Made by a program: the position numbers and the translations under genes. DNA of 63,760 nt, the filler included, from Welwitschia mirabilis (taxonomy: Eukaryota): the NCBI GenBank assembly GCA_051453625.1. It is 6 parts of one record of this genome, joined end to end, with 100 filler letters (N's around TTAATTAATTAA, not from the genome) between each part and the next. Parts side by side here need not be neighbours in the genome. Positions count along the whole stretch, not along the records: positions 19,731 to 50,811 come from JBOZIK010000001.1; 5 more parts are not named here. One strand, written 5' to 3'. This document shows positions 38,468 through 50,911 of the stretch, piece by piece (the first letter of the stretch is position 1; each line of letters begins with the position of its first letter). The notes beneath the pieces were generated by a model that searched no databases, was not told the DNA's origin, and was given only the letters and a program-made list of their open reading frames with translations.

Positions 38468-41400
38468 TGTCATATCCCATATTTTGTAAACCTTATTTAC
38501 TTAGATATTAAGTACATTAATCTTTTAATTAGATAATTAATTATTCTTATTTAAAGGCCTTATTAAAATAAGATGGCATTTTAAAATTAACCTTAGTTTA
38601 TAATTTTTATAATTTACCATAAAAATGATAAAAAGTTATGTTAAAAGATTTTATGAGAAAAGCTATCCAAACATTGAAAATTAGATAACCAATTATGTAA
38701 TGAATAAAAAGCAGATGCTAAAACTAATAAATTGAAAATTTCAAAAGGACATAATAATACATTTTACATCTTAATTACTCATTTCAATTCTTAGTAAATG
38801 TGATAGGTGTACTATATTATAAATAGACATTTTCTTCCTTGTGTTATGTGATTGATAGATTTTATACATTATGAAATAAAAAAGCATATGACCAAGTACA
38901 TGGACTTNNNNNNNNNNNNNNNNNNNNNNNNNNNNNNNNNNNNNNNNNNNNNNNNNNNNNNNNNNNNNNNNNNNNNNNNNNNNNNNNNNNNNNNNNNNNN
39001 NNNNNNNGTTTTTTAACCTTTTCTTTCTTTCTTTTTCTTTGTCTTTTTTTTTTTTTTTGGGTAAACTGATGAGTATGCAAATCTACTTTCACAGACATAG
39101 AGTCTGTGAAAACACACCATCTAAAATAGGGAAATTATTGTTATGAAAAACTCCCTTGTTTTAAAAAAAAATCTCTTACAACACTTTAAATGTCCAAAGA
39201 TGTATGCTTACATGTCTAACACATGCTCTTACCACTAGGTATTTGTGTGATGGGAGTACTATTGTGTGATGGGAGTACTATTGTCCATGTTTAAGTGCTG
39301 CTCCTTAGATGCAGTCTGACCATAGGAAGGATCAAGTGGAAACAAATCTAGAGCAGTTGACAAGCCTTGACAGAAAGAATGACAACCACGATAGGAAGAA
39401 ATACTAAAGTAATTGGATGTAAAGATGCTTAAAATATTGGTCCCATTCAAGTCATGGCTTTTCAATCTTTTACTATGAAACAAAAGCAACCTATGCAAGT
39501 TCCATTTTACATAGCTGATAATACAAAGGCAAAATCCCATGGACAAGCAGATATTATTGACATTGATTCAGAAGGCTCTCACAAGTTTCAAAGGGGAGAT
39601 AATGTACACACTACTATTGAAAGTTGGCTTTTTGGTTGTGTTTATTTTCAGTCACCTGACAGGAGAGACTAACGAACCGAAGTGATAGCTACAGTGAATA
39701 ATACTTCTGAAACTCCCACAAAACTCCAGATTTCAGTGATGATTATGGCTAAACCCTCATCCTTTAATAACCATTTCAACATTCACTCAAATCCTTTAAA
39801 TCTTTTAAGTGTCTAGTTTTGTTGTGTATTAGTGAATTACACTTTGAGTTTCCATGAGAAGAAGATCCTTTTTATTCTAGATTTTCTTTTATTCAATTGG
39901 TGAATAGACCATGCTGCGAAGCGTAATTAGGGTTTGAAGTTCTTTTTTTTCTTTTTATGACAAATCATTGATAGCAGGACAGGTGAATTCACAGGCAGCA
40001 AATCATAAAGAAAGACACAGTACCAGAACGGAGGCACAGACAAAATAAAAACACCAGTAGATAAACAAGAGATCATCAGATGCAGTTAGAGGCACAGAGA
40101 GAATGCACATCAAAGACAGACTGTAACCAAAGCAGATCGAAGCATGAGAAGCAGGAAATAGAATCAGAAAAATAGTAAAGGCATAGGGGAGCAGCATAAT
40201 AAAAAATAAAGAGAAAAGACGATGACATTCAGAAGGGACAGACACCAAAATAAGCACCAGCAAAAACAAAACACAAGAAAGGATCCGAAAGGAAGAACAG
40301 TCAGAACAATTAGATTAGATCAGAAAGCGAAGAACACATAAGGGTAGGAGACCACAGAGACGGAGGCAAAATCACAGAGCAATCTCAGCAGGAGAAAAAT
40401 GAAACTAAAGATGATATTAAAAGGAACTGCATCTTGAATAAAAAGGACACAGTGGATTAGATGCAGAAGAAAAACTACATATTTTGAGAAGCGGTAGCAG
40501 ACAAAAATGTGAGGAGACAGGTAGAGGACATTAAAGCAATGACATCATGTTATAAATAGAAGACGAGAGTGCTCATAGGAAATTTCCAAAGGCATATCAG
40601 ATCTGACTTCATCGTAATTGCTGTAATGTTTTTTAGGTTCCATGATTGTTAACCCATGTTACTTCTGTATTATTTTAAATTTTAAATTTAATTGCTTTAG
40701 ATTAAAAGTCCATTAAAAAAATCTTTTATATGTCTCTAATTATTTTACTGACCTAGAAATAGCACCATTCATTCATAAATCAAGCTTTTTTTAATTTATT
40801 TTAAGCTACATTTCTAGATGTTATTCCCTAGATTATTTTAGAGTTAAGAAAAGGTTATTTTTTCTTTTTCTTTTTTTTTAAGGTTTGATTAGTAATAACA
40901 TTTTTCCAAATTCTTTAAGTCTAGAAAGATTACCTTAGCACATTCTAGTGATTTGTCCTAAGGACTCTGTTTCCTTATAAATGTTTTTGGGATAAAAGTG
41001 TGGTATTCATTAAACATCAAAATTTATTTGCCTATTATGTTTAAATTAAACCTTTGACTTACTCTTATAATTTCAAAAAGGCACTAGGCAAAACTGAATT
41101 AACCAAAACTATAAATTAACATTGTCAAAAAATTTAGCAATAATGCATTTTGAAATAAATGAGTATTTGAACAAGTACTTACACTCTTACATAAAACCAA
41201 AAATGATAAATGAGTAAATTTACACTACCATGGCTTTTATGTTCTTGAGATGTATAAGGGAACTTGGTTCACAGCATATTTATTACTTTATCCATTGGAA
41301 TTAAACAGTTTATCTCATTATGCTACATGTCAATTTTGAGGTTTATGCATTTATTCTTTTGATGCATGTCTTAGATGAATTAAACTTATTTATGAGCATA

Positions 41401-44358
41401 TGAAGGATTAAGAAGGATCTAGCATGAAGAAATGATGTATGTAATCAACTTTGCTAATTAAAACAAGAAGGTTACTCATCCTAGTTAGATGCATGAGTCA
41501 TAAATATGATCTCTTTTTGTACACCGGTGTCACTTATTATTCATGATACTTGTCAATGCTAAATCATGTGATCTTATGATCTTAAGCTATGTGCCTTTTA
41601 TAGAGATCATTTCCTCTCTTGCAAAGAGGAGATACTTTCCACCTTTTCATATAAGTGCATTTTCTTCTTTCCTTTCTCTTTCTTTCATTCTCTTACTTAT
41701 GTAGCTTGGAGATTAGAAGCTTGAAGCTAAGGAACACTTGATCTTGGATCTTCATCAATCTTTAAATATTAAGGACTTACTAATCTTTTTCAGTACTCTC
41801 TTTACTCTCATTATCCATATGATTTCTTTTTAAGATTCTAGCAAAATGATGTGATATTGCACTAGGGAATTATCTATGGTTTTTATGCAATTATGTTATA
41901 AAATATTACTCCCTATCATTAGCTCTCATCAAGACGCTTGGAAGATATGAAAAATTCTCTTATACTTGGTGATGAAGATTACTAATGAATTATTATGGCC
42001 AAGTAACTAGGCGGTTCAGTATAAAAAAAGAGAAATTTGGGTATCCATATTTATTTTAATATTATATTTTCACTATTATGCATGAGATCCATCTTATTAG
42101 GGGCAAAGTCTGATCCTCAAAAAAAAATCCCTTTTAGGCTAGCACTCCTTCATGGTAATCGTAAGGCTCAATGTAAATGCTTTTGTGAATTGATTTGATT
42201 TTGCATTATTAGTATTTAGTAAATTTATACTATAAATAATGATTTTATCTAATGTGTTCATCATTGTATTGATTCAAATTATTGTATAATTAGTTATTGA
42301 ACCTCTATTATATTTTCTTTAACAAAAGTTAAATTTCTAGGATAGAGGAATAGGATAAAAACACCATATATTGTTAATTAGTAAGTATAAATAAGTGAAA
42401 TTTTTTATGTAAGTCTAGGACTGTGTTATGAATGTGAAAATGTAAGAATAATAATTTTTTTAATGTATAATAATTTTAAGAAATTTATTTGTTAAAATAT
42501 GTATAAATGTAGAAAATAGTAAAATATTAATTTATATTTCTGTAACTGTTAATTAAGATATCTATAAACTTATGCAATCCAAGTTATAGGTAATTAAATG
42601 TGCTTTCGAAAATATCTGAAATCACTACAAACTCAAGGTATTTTAAAAGTTATGGTCATTTTAGTATAGAGTGGTAGGACTATAATTTTAGAAAATTTGA
42701 TAGTTTTTAATCTTAAATGATGATCTTAGAAATAATATTTTTAAAAATTTAAGATACTTTAACTTAGATTCTAAGGATTCTATTACGAGTATAGTTTATG
42801 AAAACCTACTGTAATTTTTTTTTGTTTGCTTTATCGTCAATTATTTATTCATTTTTTATTATGATGTCTCCTTAGAGACCAAAATTGTTATAACTAATGT
42901 TTTAAATTATAAAAAATTATTACAGACTATTTTATAAGGAATTTTAGTATATAGATATGTTTCTATTAGTAGACATAAGTAAATTACTTAGAAATAATAT
43001 TTAATTTATAAAAATACCTCTTTTACCTTTTTCTTTTATTTTACTTTAAACATGTACACTTGTAAGTGCTTTCACCTTAGTAGTTTAAGTAACATGAATC
43101 GTCTTTGATTTAACACTTATTTTCTTGACTTATAATATAGCCACATAAATCTTGAATAAAGAGTTATATCTAAATAATCATGCTAGAGCTATACTTTCCT
43201 TTGTTTACATTTATTGCATCAAATTAATAGAGATTGTCATGTGAGCATGAAAGAATGTTTTTAGGATTAACATAGATGTAGGTATAGATTATTTTTTTTA
43301 AGTACATTATCAAGATATGATTTAACACATTTTGAATAGTTTTATTATTATTAAAAGAAATAAAAGGAAAGAATGTTTTCTTTATTTAGATTTTCATTAT
43401 TGTAATCTCGAATATAGAGATGTTCTAGTATGCTTGTTTTCCCTTTTTATGATTGTTCCTATAAAATAAACCTAATGATGATTATAGTTATTATAATTAA
43501 GTAAATAATCCATTAAATATTCACATTTTCTAGAATTATATACATGCATTTGTGTGATGTATTCATCGAATAAGGTTAAATCAAATAATTATAATAATGT
43601 TCATCCCTGTACTTGGAGTTTATCACTAAGATGGGTTGCATTGCATTTGTTTTTTCTTAATAATACCCTTTTGGAAGTAAATTTGATCACTACTCTCCTA
43701 TCTCACACATGTATAAACTTACTCTAATTTAATATCTCAAGCCGTTAGCATTGATGGGTCACGTTGCGACATTCGAAGATGTTTAAAGGAAGTGAGGGTT
43801 ATTTGTAAGCATGCATCCACCTCACGTACCGTTTGTCACCTATATTAGAGGTATATTGAGGTGAAGTATAAGTCTATGGAGTTGAGCCCAGTCATATTTG
43901 TGTAGTTTAAAACCTAAAGTAGAACCAACTTACATCTAGATGATGGTTAAATATCAGGTTGAAATGCCATTCATTGAAGTTTTAACCTCCTATTCTGTTA
44001 GTTAGGTATTATTCTTAAACTTATCCATGTATATTTATAACAAGTTTATATCTCCTCAACTATTTACAAGATATATTTTTATGTGATGAAAACTAGGAAG
44101 AAATGGAGGACACAAACTTATGACATTGTTATTGTTTGTGAACCAACATAATCTAGAAATTAATTATAAGTAAATATATAATCTTAATATGATTTGTTTT
44201 TCTTAGAATATAGAATTGCTAATAAAGGAGTAAGTAAAATTTAATCCTAGATTTTGTTGTGTCTATTAAGTAATAATATTAAAAAAGGATGAAAGAGAAA
44301 ATAAAACAAAACAAAAAAGTTAGTTCTTAATAAGGGTAAGATAAGAGGAGGTATCACA
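38468..44358 (+). mobile_element. 5.9-kb non-coding LTR-type insertion (Tekay/Del-like solo LTR, possibly with nested pieces)
   Basis: Starts TGTCATATCCC, ends GAGGTATCACA; flanked by a perfect 5-bp TSD TCATC (38463-38467, 44359-44363); the empty site is present in the sister LTR at ~32660-32680. Confidence 0.85.
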
Positions 44359-44654
44359 TCATCACAACGTGATAATTTAAGCTTTGTTTTAGGAAATTAT
44401 AGAATATCATTGGAGTAAAGGTGTGTCATCGAACAAGTTAAGCTAGACATTTGGAGCTTGTACATTTTCCTACTTCACTGATTAAAGTTCATTATAATAT
44501 CAACACTTGGATTTTCCTTTGTTTTGATTTCATTGTAGGATTGATACTTTTGTATTGCTTTAATTAATATTTACCTCGATTTATCCTTGTGAAAGAAAAA
44601 TACTAGGTACTTATCTAGTTTTATTTCAGTTCCCTTATACTAAAATTTCAAACA

Positions 44655-45742
44655 ATAAGCTTTAGACATAATGTTATGTTTAAGAAAATTATTATAACTA
44701 GGCTCCAACATCACTAAGGGAATAAAAGTCTTCATCACTCTTCAAGCAGAAATACTACTACTACTACACTGTGAAGAGAACCATAAATCTATAATATATT
44801 TTTGCTTCTTCCTTTTTCTTCTCAAGAAAGCTTTTATTGGTCTTACAACTATCTTAGATATCATTATTTTAGCTTGTAATTTCTATAATTTATTGTACTT
44901 TAAAAGTGGAAATTTAGTTTTCTTAGAATCTATACTAATTTCACGTTTGTAGTCTCACTTCATCTTGACCTATGGGGAGCTTTCTGCTATTAGCTTTTCT
45001 TAAGGATTCCAACATTGTGATTATGACTTGTGTGGTACTTTAATGTATTTTTTATGAAGTTACCTCAATTGTAAGATTAGTGTTAAGGCTAAAACCACAA
45101 TAAAACCTTAAGGAGTTGAGTTGGACACCTTGATTATAATATTATTGATTAGCTTGAAATCATAATGTGTAAACCCTAAGGGGTTAAGTTAGATACCTGA
45201 TGAGGGATAACTCCATTATCTTCTGATTTACAAGGTTAGTAGTAAGCCTCAAATGATAGTGAAACCCTAAGGAATTAAGGCAATTGCATTATTAAAAGCA
45301 ACTTATTGCAACAAAAGTGTTTTATTATTGATGGTAAGCCTCAAACTAGGAATTTTGAGAGAGGAACATGATTTGAAGGCATGCAGGATTTGACTCTCTA
45401 CATTTGGACTATCTAAGTTGGCAAATCATATTATTTCAATAAGAGTTTTCTTTTGTACATTTAAAATAGTTATTTATGTATATTGCATTTTATTCTTAGA
45501 ATATTTTTTGGGGAACTCATTCATCCTTTCCATCTAAGTTCGACCATTCATAACTTGTATTTTTCTCCTTAAAATCTACCAACCATCATTATAATCTTGT
45601 ACTAGTTAGCATGCTATAATTAAAAAGAAGAGTTTTTTCTTTATTGTAATCTTTTATAAATTTTCCCTTAACTTATTTTCATTTTATGAAAAGCATTAGT
45701 TACTTTAAATTCTATTAACTCTACATCATAATGGTATTAGAT
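44655..45742 (+). mobile_element. Probable LTR remnant ending in a Met-type PBS
   Basis: Repeated aaacc(c/t)taagg(a/g) motif at ~45103, 45171 and 45262; tggtattaga (TGGTATCAGA-like) at 45733. Confidence 0.4.
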
Positions 45743-47199
45743 ATTTGATGAGCGTTAGTATTGTTTTGAGTTATTGAAAAGTAGATGTGAAAAATTTGAA
45801 GACATTTAGAAAGCATTTAGAAAGCAAAAAAGAAAAGAAGGAAAGAGAGCATAAAGATAAGTAGGGTGGTTATAATGATAAGAAGGCATAAAATATACCT
45901 TAAGAATTAGTCTTATGCAAGCCTAAGGAATATGTAGTTAAAGGAGAAGTCATCAAGTGAAGATTGTATGATAGTCTATGAGAGTTCATGGAGAATAATA
46001 TACTGTATTGACTTGAAAACAAAGGTGAAATCATTAATGGAACTTTATATTATGGTTTATGAAAGCTTATTAATAGGCCTATAAATAGAAATCTAAGTAA
46101 AGAAGGCATCCATTCTATATCTATCTAAATGATAGTCTATAACTTTATCTAGTTGGGGCAATTTTTTCTTTTTTTTTTTAAAGAACTCTTTTTCAAATGA
46201 TAGAGTTACTTTCAAGAAAGCAAGTATAACTAGAATCCTATCTAGTGAATAATGGAGGACTTACCAACATTTTTTAATTAAGATAATTCTTTCATTTTGC
46301 TGTAGCATTCTATTACTCATTTCTTATAGGTAATTTGTTACACATTTTTAAAGATTTTATCATTTCTTTAAAAGTTACTTTCTCTTATTATTCATTTTAG
46401 TAAACGATCCATCATAAAGAGTAATTTCAATATTGTCCTCATTTTTTAATTCTAATTCCTTATCCAAAAGTCCTTTCAAATTTCAATCATCAAAAGAAGG
46501 CAAAAATCTATAAATAGCTTTTTAGCATATCCAATGGAATAATATTTTAATCTCTTTTAAATATGAGTAAATCACATGAATCTATTAGTAGAAATTAGTT
46601 TATTTTAAGAAATCAATATGTTGTTTTAAATCATCTAGCACCATAGGAGATGAAAAAGTGGAACGTTATCCATAGTTTTAATAAGGTTTCTTAATAAGCA
46701 ATTCTAAAAGACAAAGCGACAAATAAAAAATGCACTACGCATATAATGTGACCCAATTCTAAAAAAAAAGATGGAAATATAGCTCAACATAATGTTCATA
46801 ATAAGGATAAAGAAGAAGGATACTTCAAGCATCTATTAGAGCTTCTAGTAACAGGACCATCCTTCAAGAAGAGGCTTATTAAAGAAGGAACTATTTCAAA
46901 TTGTAAATACATACTCTTTTTTAGTATTCATCCCAATTTAGTGATTTTGATGTTAAAAGTAGGAATCATACGAATTTGGGTAGAAGATATTACAATAAAA
47001 ATGACAATTATCCAAAATCAAATTTACAACTTAAAGGTATCAAGAAAGTTCTAAATAGCCTTAAATATTCTATATCTTTCTTAATGTCTTATGAAACTAA
47101 AACTCTAAGAAATTTTTTTTCATTACATCCATAAGGCATTAAGTGTCTAATAAATAGAAGAAGTATGCATGGAATAAGGCTAAAAGCTATCATCTATAA

Positions 47200-48600
47200 T
47201 GTTACCTAGAGTTTTTGGATATAACTTGAAATAATTCAATCAAATTATTGAATTTGATGTTTTATTTATTTTTGATTTTATGTATTATCTGACAATTAAG
47301 AATAACATGATATTCATCTTCAACAATATTCTGGTCATAAAGTCAACAGATCCTCTTTTCTTAAGGGACTTGAAAGCATATAACTATTTTAATTCGAAAA
47401 AAATAAGATTCCCTTCTTACCCTACTTATATGAGTCTATAAACAAAGTAGAATACTAGTAGTTAAATAGGTTTCGTTTGTAGAAATGTCTTCTTTCATAT
47501 TATTTAAACAAACTTATTCTTTTTATTCATGTTTTTCTAAATTCTTTAAAGTGGTTTTCTAATTTTGGAACATTTTCTAAAACAAAATCTTTAAAGACCC
47601 ATATTTGACATTTCAAGTACTCTTGTTGCTTTCAGAATCAATTGAAACACTTGCTATCATACTTTTTTAGATCTCTCCATAAGCATGCCATTGACTAGTA
47701 ACATTATTGACCTACGTGGTTCATTACAAAATTTGAAAGAAATGTTTGAAGTGTTCATGAAGCAATATGTCATCCATATCACACAAGACATTTCTCTTGA
47801 AAACCTTACATTCTTTAACAAAAAAATAGATGAAACCATACAAGATTTTGCCTAATGAATTGAAGATAATGGTACTTAGTCTAAAAGACATACTTCCAAT
47901 TAGGATGTGGCATAGCTCTTTCTAAATAACATAATCCTTACTTGTGAAACATCTAATGATTGAAAAATTAAATTCTTTTAATCTGGCAATAGCTCTTCCT
48001 AACAAAAATTAAAGTGATAAAAAGAGATATTAATACTCTTAAGAAAATCACAAAAATTAAAAAGTAATAAAAATTAAAATCTCTAATGAATATTTACAGA
48101 AATTCCAAGGTGGTATCTTTTACCTTCAAATTTCACAAAAAAAGAAAATAAAAACCCAAAATTTTCTCCTCTAGGGTAAAAAAGGAAAGTCCTTGCTTGC
48201 TAACGTAAGATAGCCATTACCTCTAGGATTTGTAAGGAAAAAATTTTCAAAACTTGATCCAAGATCCTAAGAATTCTATCTACTAAAGAGGCTATTACAT
48301 TATCTCCACAAAAAATCTATGCCCTAATATTCAAGAATCAAGTTGATACTAAGAGAATCAACATCGTGACTATCATAGAATTAAATGACATTATAATAAC
48401 TATTATAAGATCTTGCAAAATGCTTTCTTAGACTTTCCAGAAGAAAGTAAACTAAATATTAAACTAACACCATAATTCCAAGAGAGCCATCATAAAGCAA
48501 GAAAGTGAATTTGGAAAATGAAAAATTATCCACACTATTAGGATGAAAGAAGTATAGGCTAGGTTCAAGAAATTACTCTTGAGTGCAATGCTTTGAATTT
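47200..48600 (+). mobile_element. Highly decayed Ogre/Tat-like Gypsy gag remnant
   Basis: LQNLKEMFEVFMKQY..HITQDISLENL...KKIDETIQDFA (Retrotrans_gag-like) and HRDYHRIK*H...LQNAFLDF.EESKL (CxYHxxxGH...IQDLIxxGxL-like). Confidence 0.5.
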
Positions 48601-50811
48601 TGAAAATTTAAGTGTATATAATCTTGTTTAGAAAGAAAATGCTAGCAAGGATAAAGACAAGTAGTTGAGAATTTACATTTATTATTATAATTATAAATTT
48701 GTTCTTATAATTTTAGTTAGTAAAATCATACTTATATTAAAAACTCAAATCCTTATAAAGGTGAGCTTAATAAATAATGAGGAGTAAACCTTAATAGGGA
48801 AACACTAATCATAATTATTTGTATTGTGTTATTATCACATCATGATAGCTTACGATGGTCGTCATGTAATATTTATTACTATATTAGCAGTCTATTACTA
48901 CCACTATTATTGAATAATTATTATTAAGAAACAAAGGATCCTTTTATTTTACTTTTCTTTTACACATTTTTCTCAATTTATCTATTTCCTATTAAATTTA
49001 TCNNNNNNNNNNNNNNNNNNNNNNNNNNNNNNNNNNNNNNNNNNNNNNNNNNNNNNNNNNNNNNNNNNNNNNNNNNNNNNNNNNNNNNNNNNNNNNNNNN
49101 NNNNNNNNNNNNNNNNNNNNNNNNNNNNNNNNNNNNNNNNNNNNNNNNNNNNNNNNNNNNNNNNNNNNNNNNNNNNNNNNNNNNNNNNNNNNNNNNNNNN
49201 NNNNNNNNNNNNNNNNNNNNNNNNNNNNNNNNNNNNNNNNNNNNNNNNNNNNNNNNNNNNNNNNNNNNNNNNNNNNNNNNNNNNNNNNNNNNNNNNNNNN
49301 NNNNNNNNNNNNNNNNNNNNNNNNNNNNNNNNNNNNNNNNNNNNNNNNNNNNNNNNNNNNNNNNNNNNNNNNNNNNNNNNNNNNNNNNNNNNNNNNNNNN
49401 NNNNNNNNNNNNNNNNNNNNNNNNNNNNNNNNNNNNNNNNNNNNNNNNNNNNNNNNNNNNNNNNNNNNNNNNNNNNNNNNNNNNNNNNNNNNNNNNNNNN
49501 NNNNNNNNNNNNNNNNNNNNNNNNNNNNNNNNNNNNNNNNNNNNNNNNNNNNNNNNNNNNNNNNNNNNNNNNNNNNNNNNNNNNNNNNNNNNNNNNNNNN
49601 NNNNNNNNNNNNNNNNNNNNNNNNNNNNNNNNNNNNNNNNNNNNNNNNNNNNNNNNNNNNNNNNNNNNNNNNNNNNNNNNNNNNNNNNNNNNNNNNNNNN
49701 NNNNNNNNNNNNNNNNNNNNNNNNNNNNNNNNNNNNNNNNNNNNNNNNNNNNNNNNNNNNNNNNNNNNNNNNNNNNNNNNNNNNNNNNNNNNNNNNNNNN
49801 NNNNNNNNNNNNNNNNNNNNNNNNNNNTTTGTAGATTAAGTTAATACACCCATCTTTTTTTTTTTTTTGGGGGGGGGAGGTGGACATTGCAGGGAAGATT
49901 ATATTAAGTAAAAATAGTATAGAATTTGATGTACAACACTATATGATCACAAAAAGAGAAAAAGCAGTCCTTTCTTCTACATAAATTGGAAGGCTACCTA
50001 TGCAATTGAGGATGCTAGACTGAGGGAGAGGCCATGGGAACTCCCCATGCAGAATCTTTTCTAATCTTAGGTAACTTGAAAGATAGGTAACTTGAAAGAT
50101 CTGAATGAACTCAACTTCAGATGGTGAGAAGATAAGACTGAACTCACACACTTTAAAGCTCTTCTGTGTTAAAACTATTAACCAAACATACAGTGTGGCT
50201 TACAAGAGACTAGATCAATCTAGTTACAAGGCCCGTCTAGTACTTTTGGAGTTCTGAAAGATAGCCAGGTCAATCTAGCTACGCAGTGGGCATTACTGCA
50301 AAGGAATTCTCCTGTCCCAGTTTTCTGTATTCTGAATGGCTCTGACCTACTACAGAATCCAAAAGGAATGGCTGGAGACGAGGCTCTAAGGGACTCCAAA
50401 ATGGTAAAGCCAGTGAATGTGGGCGAGGAGTTTCCTCTAAGAGATCCTACTGAAAGGAATCCCCTGCCTTAGATGACAACCATTAGGCCTTGGCCAAGCT
50501 ATCTCTGATCTCGCAGGAGGCTAGGTATTTGAAGTACTGTTGAGGCAACGGGCTCTCCTCGTTTTCTGCGTTGAAACTGTTTTTTAAATATGAATAATAC
50601 ATGTCACTACTTATTTCTTCCACCTAGTGTGAGTGTGTTGGAATCCTGAGTTAGTCTACGGGAGGGTTTCGTAGCAGATTCTGTCACTTGGGCCTCCCTA
50701 GTTTCCTCTCGCATGTGTCAGGGTGATGGAGTGCAAGCCTATTGCTTCATGTACGAGGGTTGCTGGGTGTCCTAATTTTGGATCAGTTGCTCAGTGTCTT
50801 GGGTGTTCAAA

Positions 50812-50911
50812 NNNNNNNNNNNNNNNNNNNNNNNNNNNNNNNNNNNNNNNNNNNNTTAATTAATTAANNNNNNNNNNNNNNNNNNNNNNNNNNNNNNNNN
50901 NNNNNNNNNNN
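50812..50911. other. Artificial scaffold spacer N44-TTAATTAATTAA-N44
   Basis: 12-mer at 50856-50867 with 44 N on each side. Confidence 0.95.

Larger units (their letters stand above)
32260..44654 (+). mobile_element. Non-autonomous Athila-like LTR element with gag remnants but no recognisable pol; 3' LTR interrupted
   Basis: Direct repeats ~32260-32964 vs ~38055-38467+44364-44654; decayed tRNA-Asp-type PBS after the first copy; gag-like KRKTLKDYL, IISFRSE and IYIPL in 33700-35050; Athila motif acattgagga..taag..ggttggg at 37171. True left end not resolved. Confidence 0.65.

Noticed and set aside
38801..41230. Nested Athila-like solo LTR (TGATAGGTGTA...TTTACACTACCA)
   Set aside because: Ends are suggestive but the flanking 5-mers (aaatg, tggct) do not match, so it is not called as a feature.
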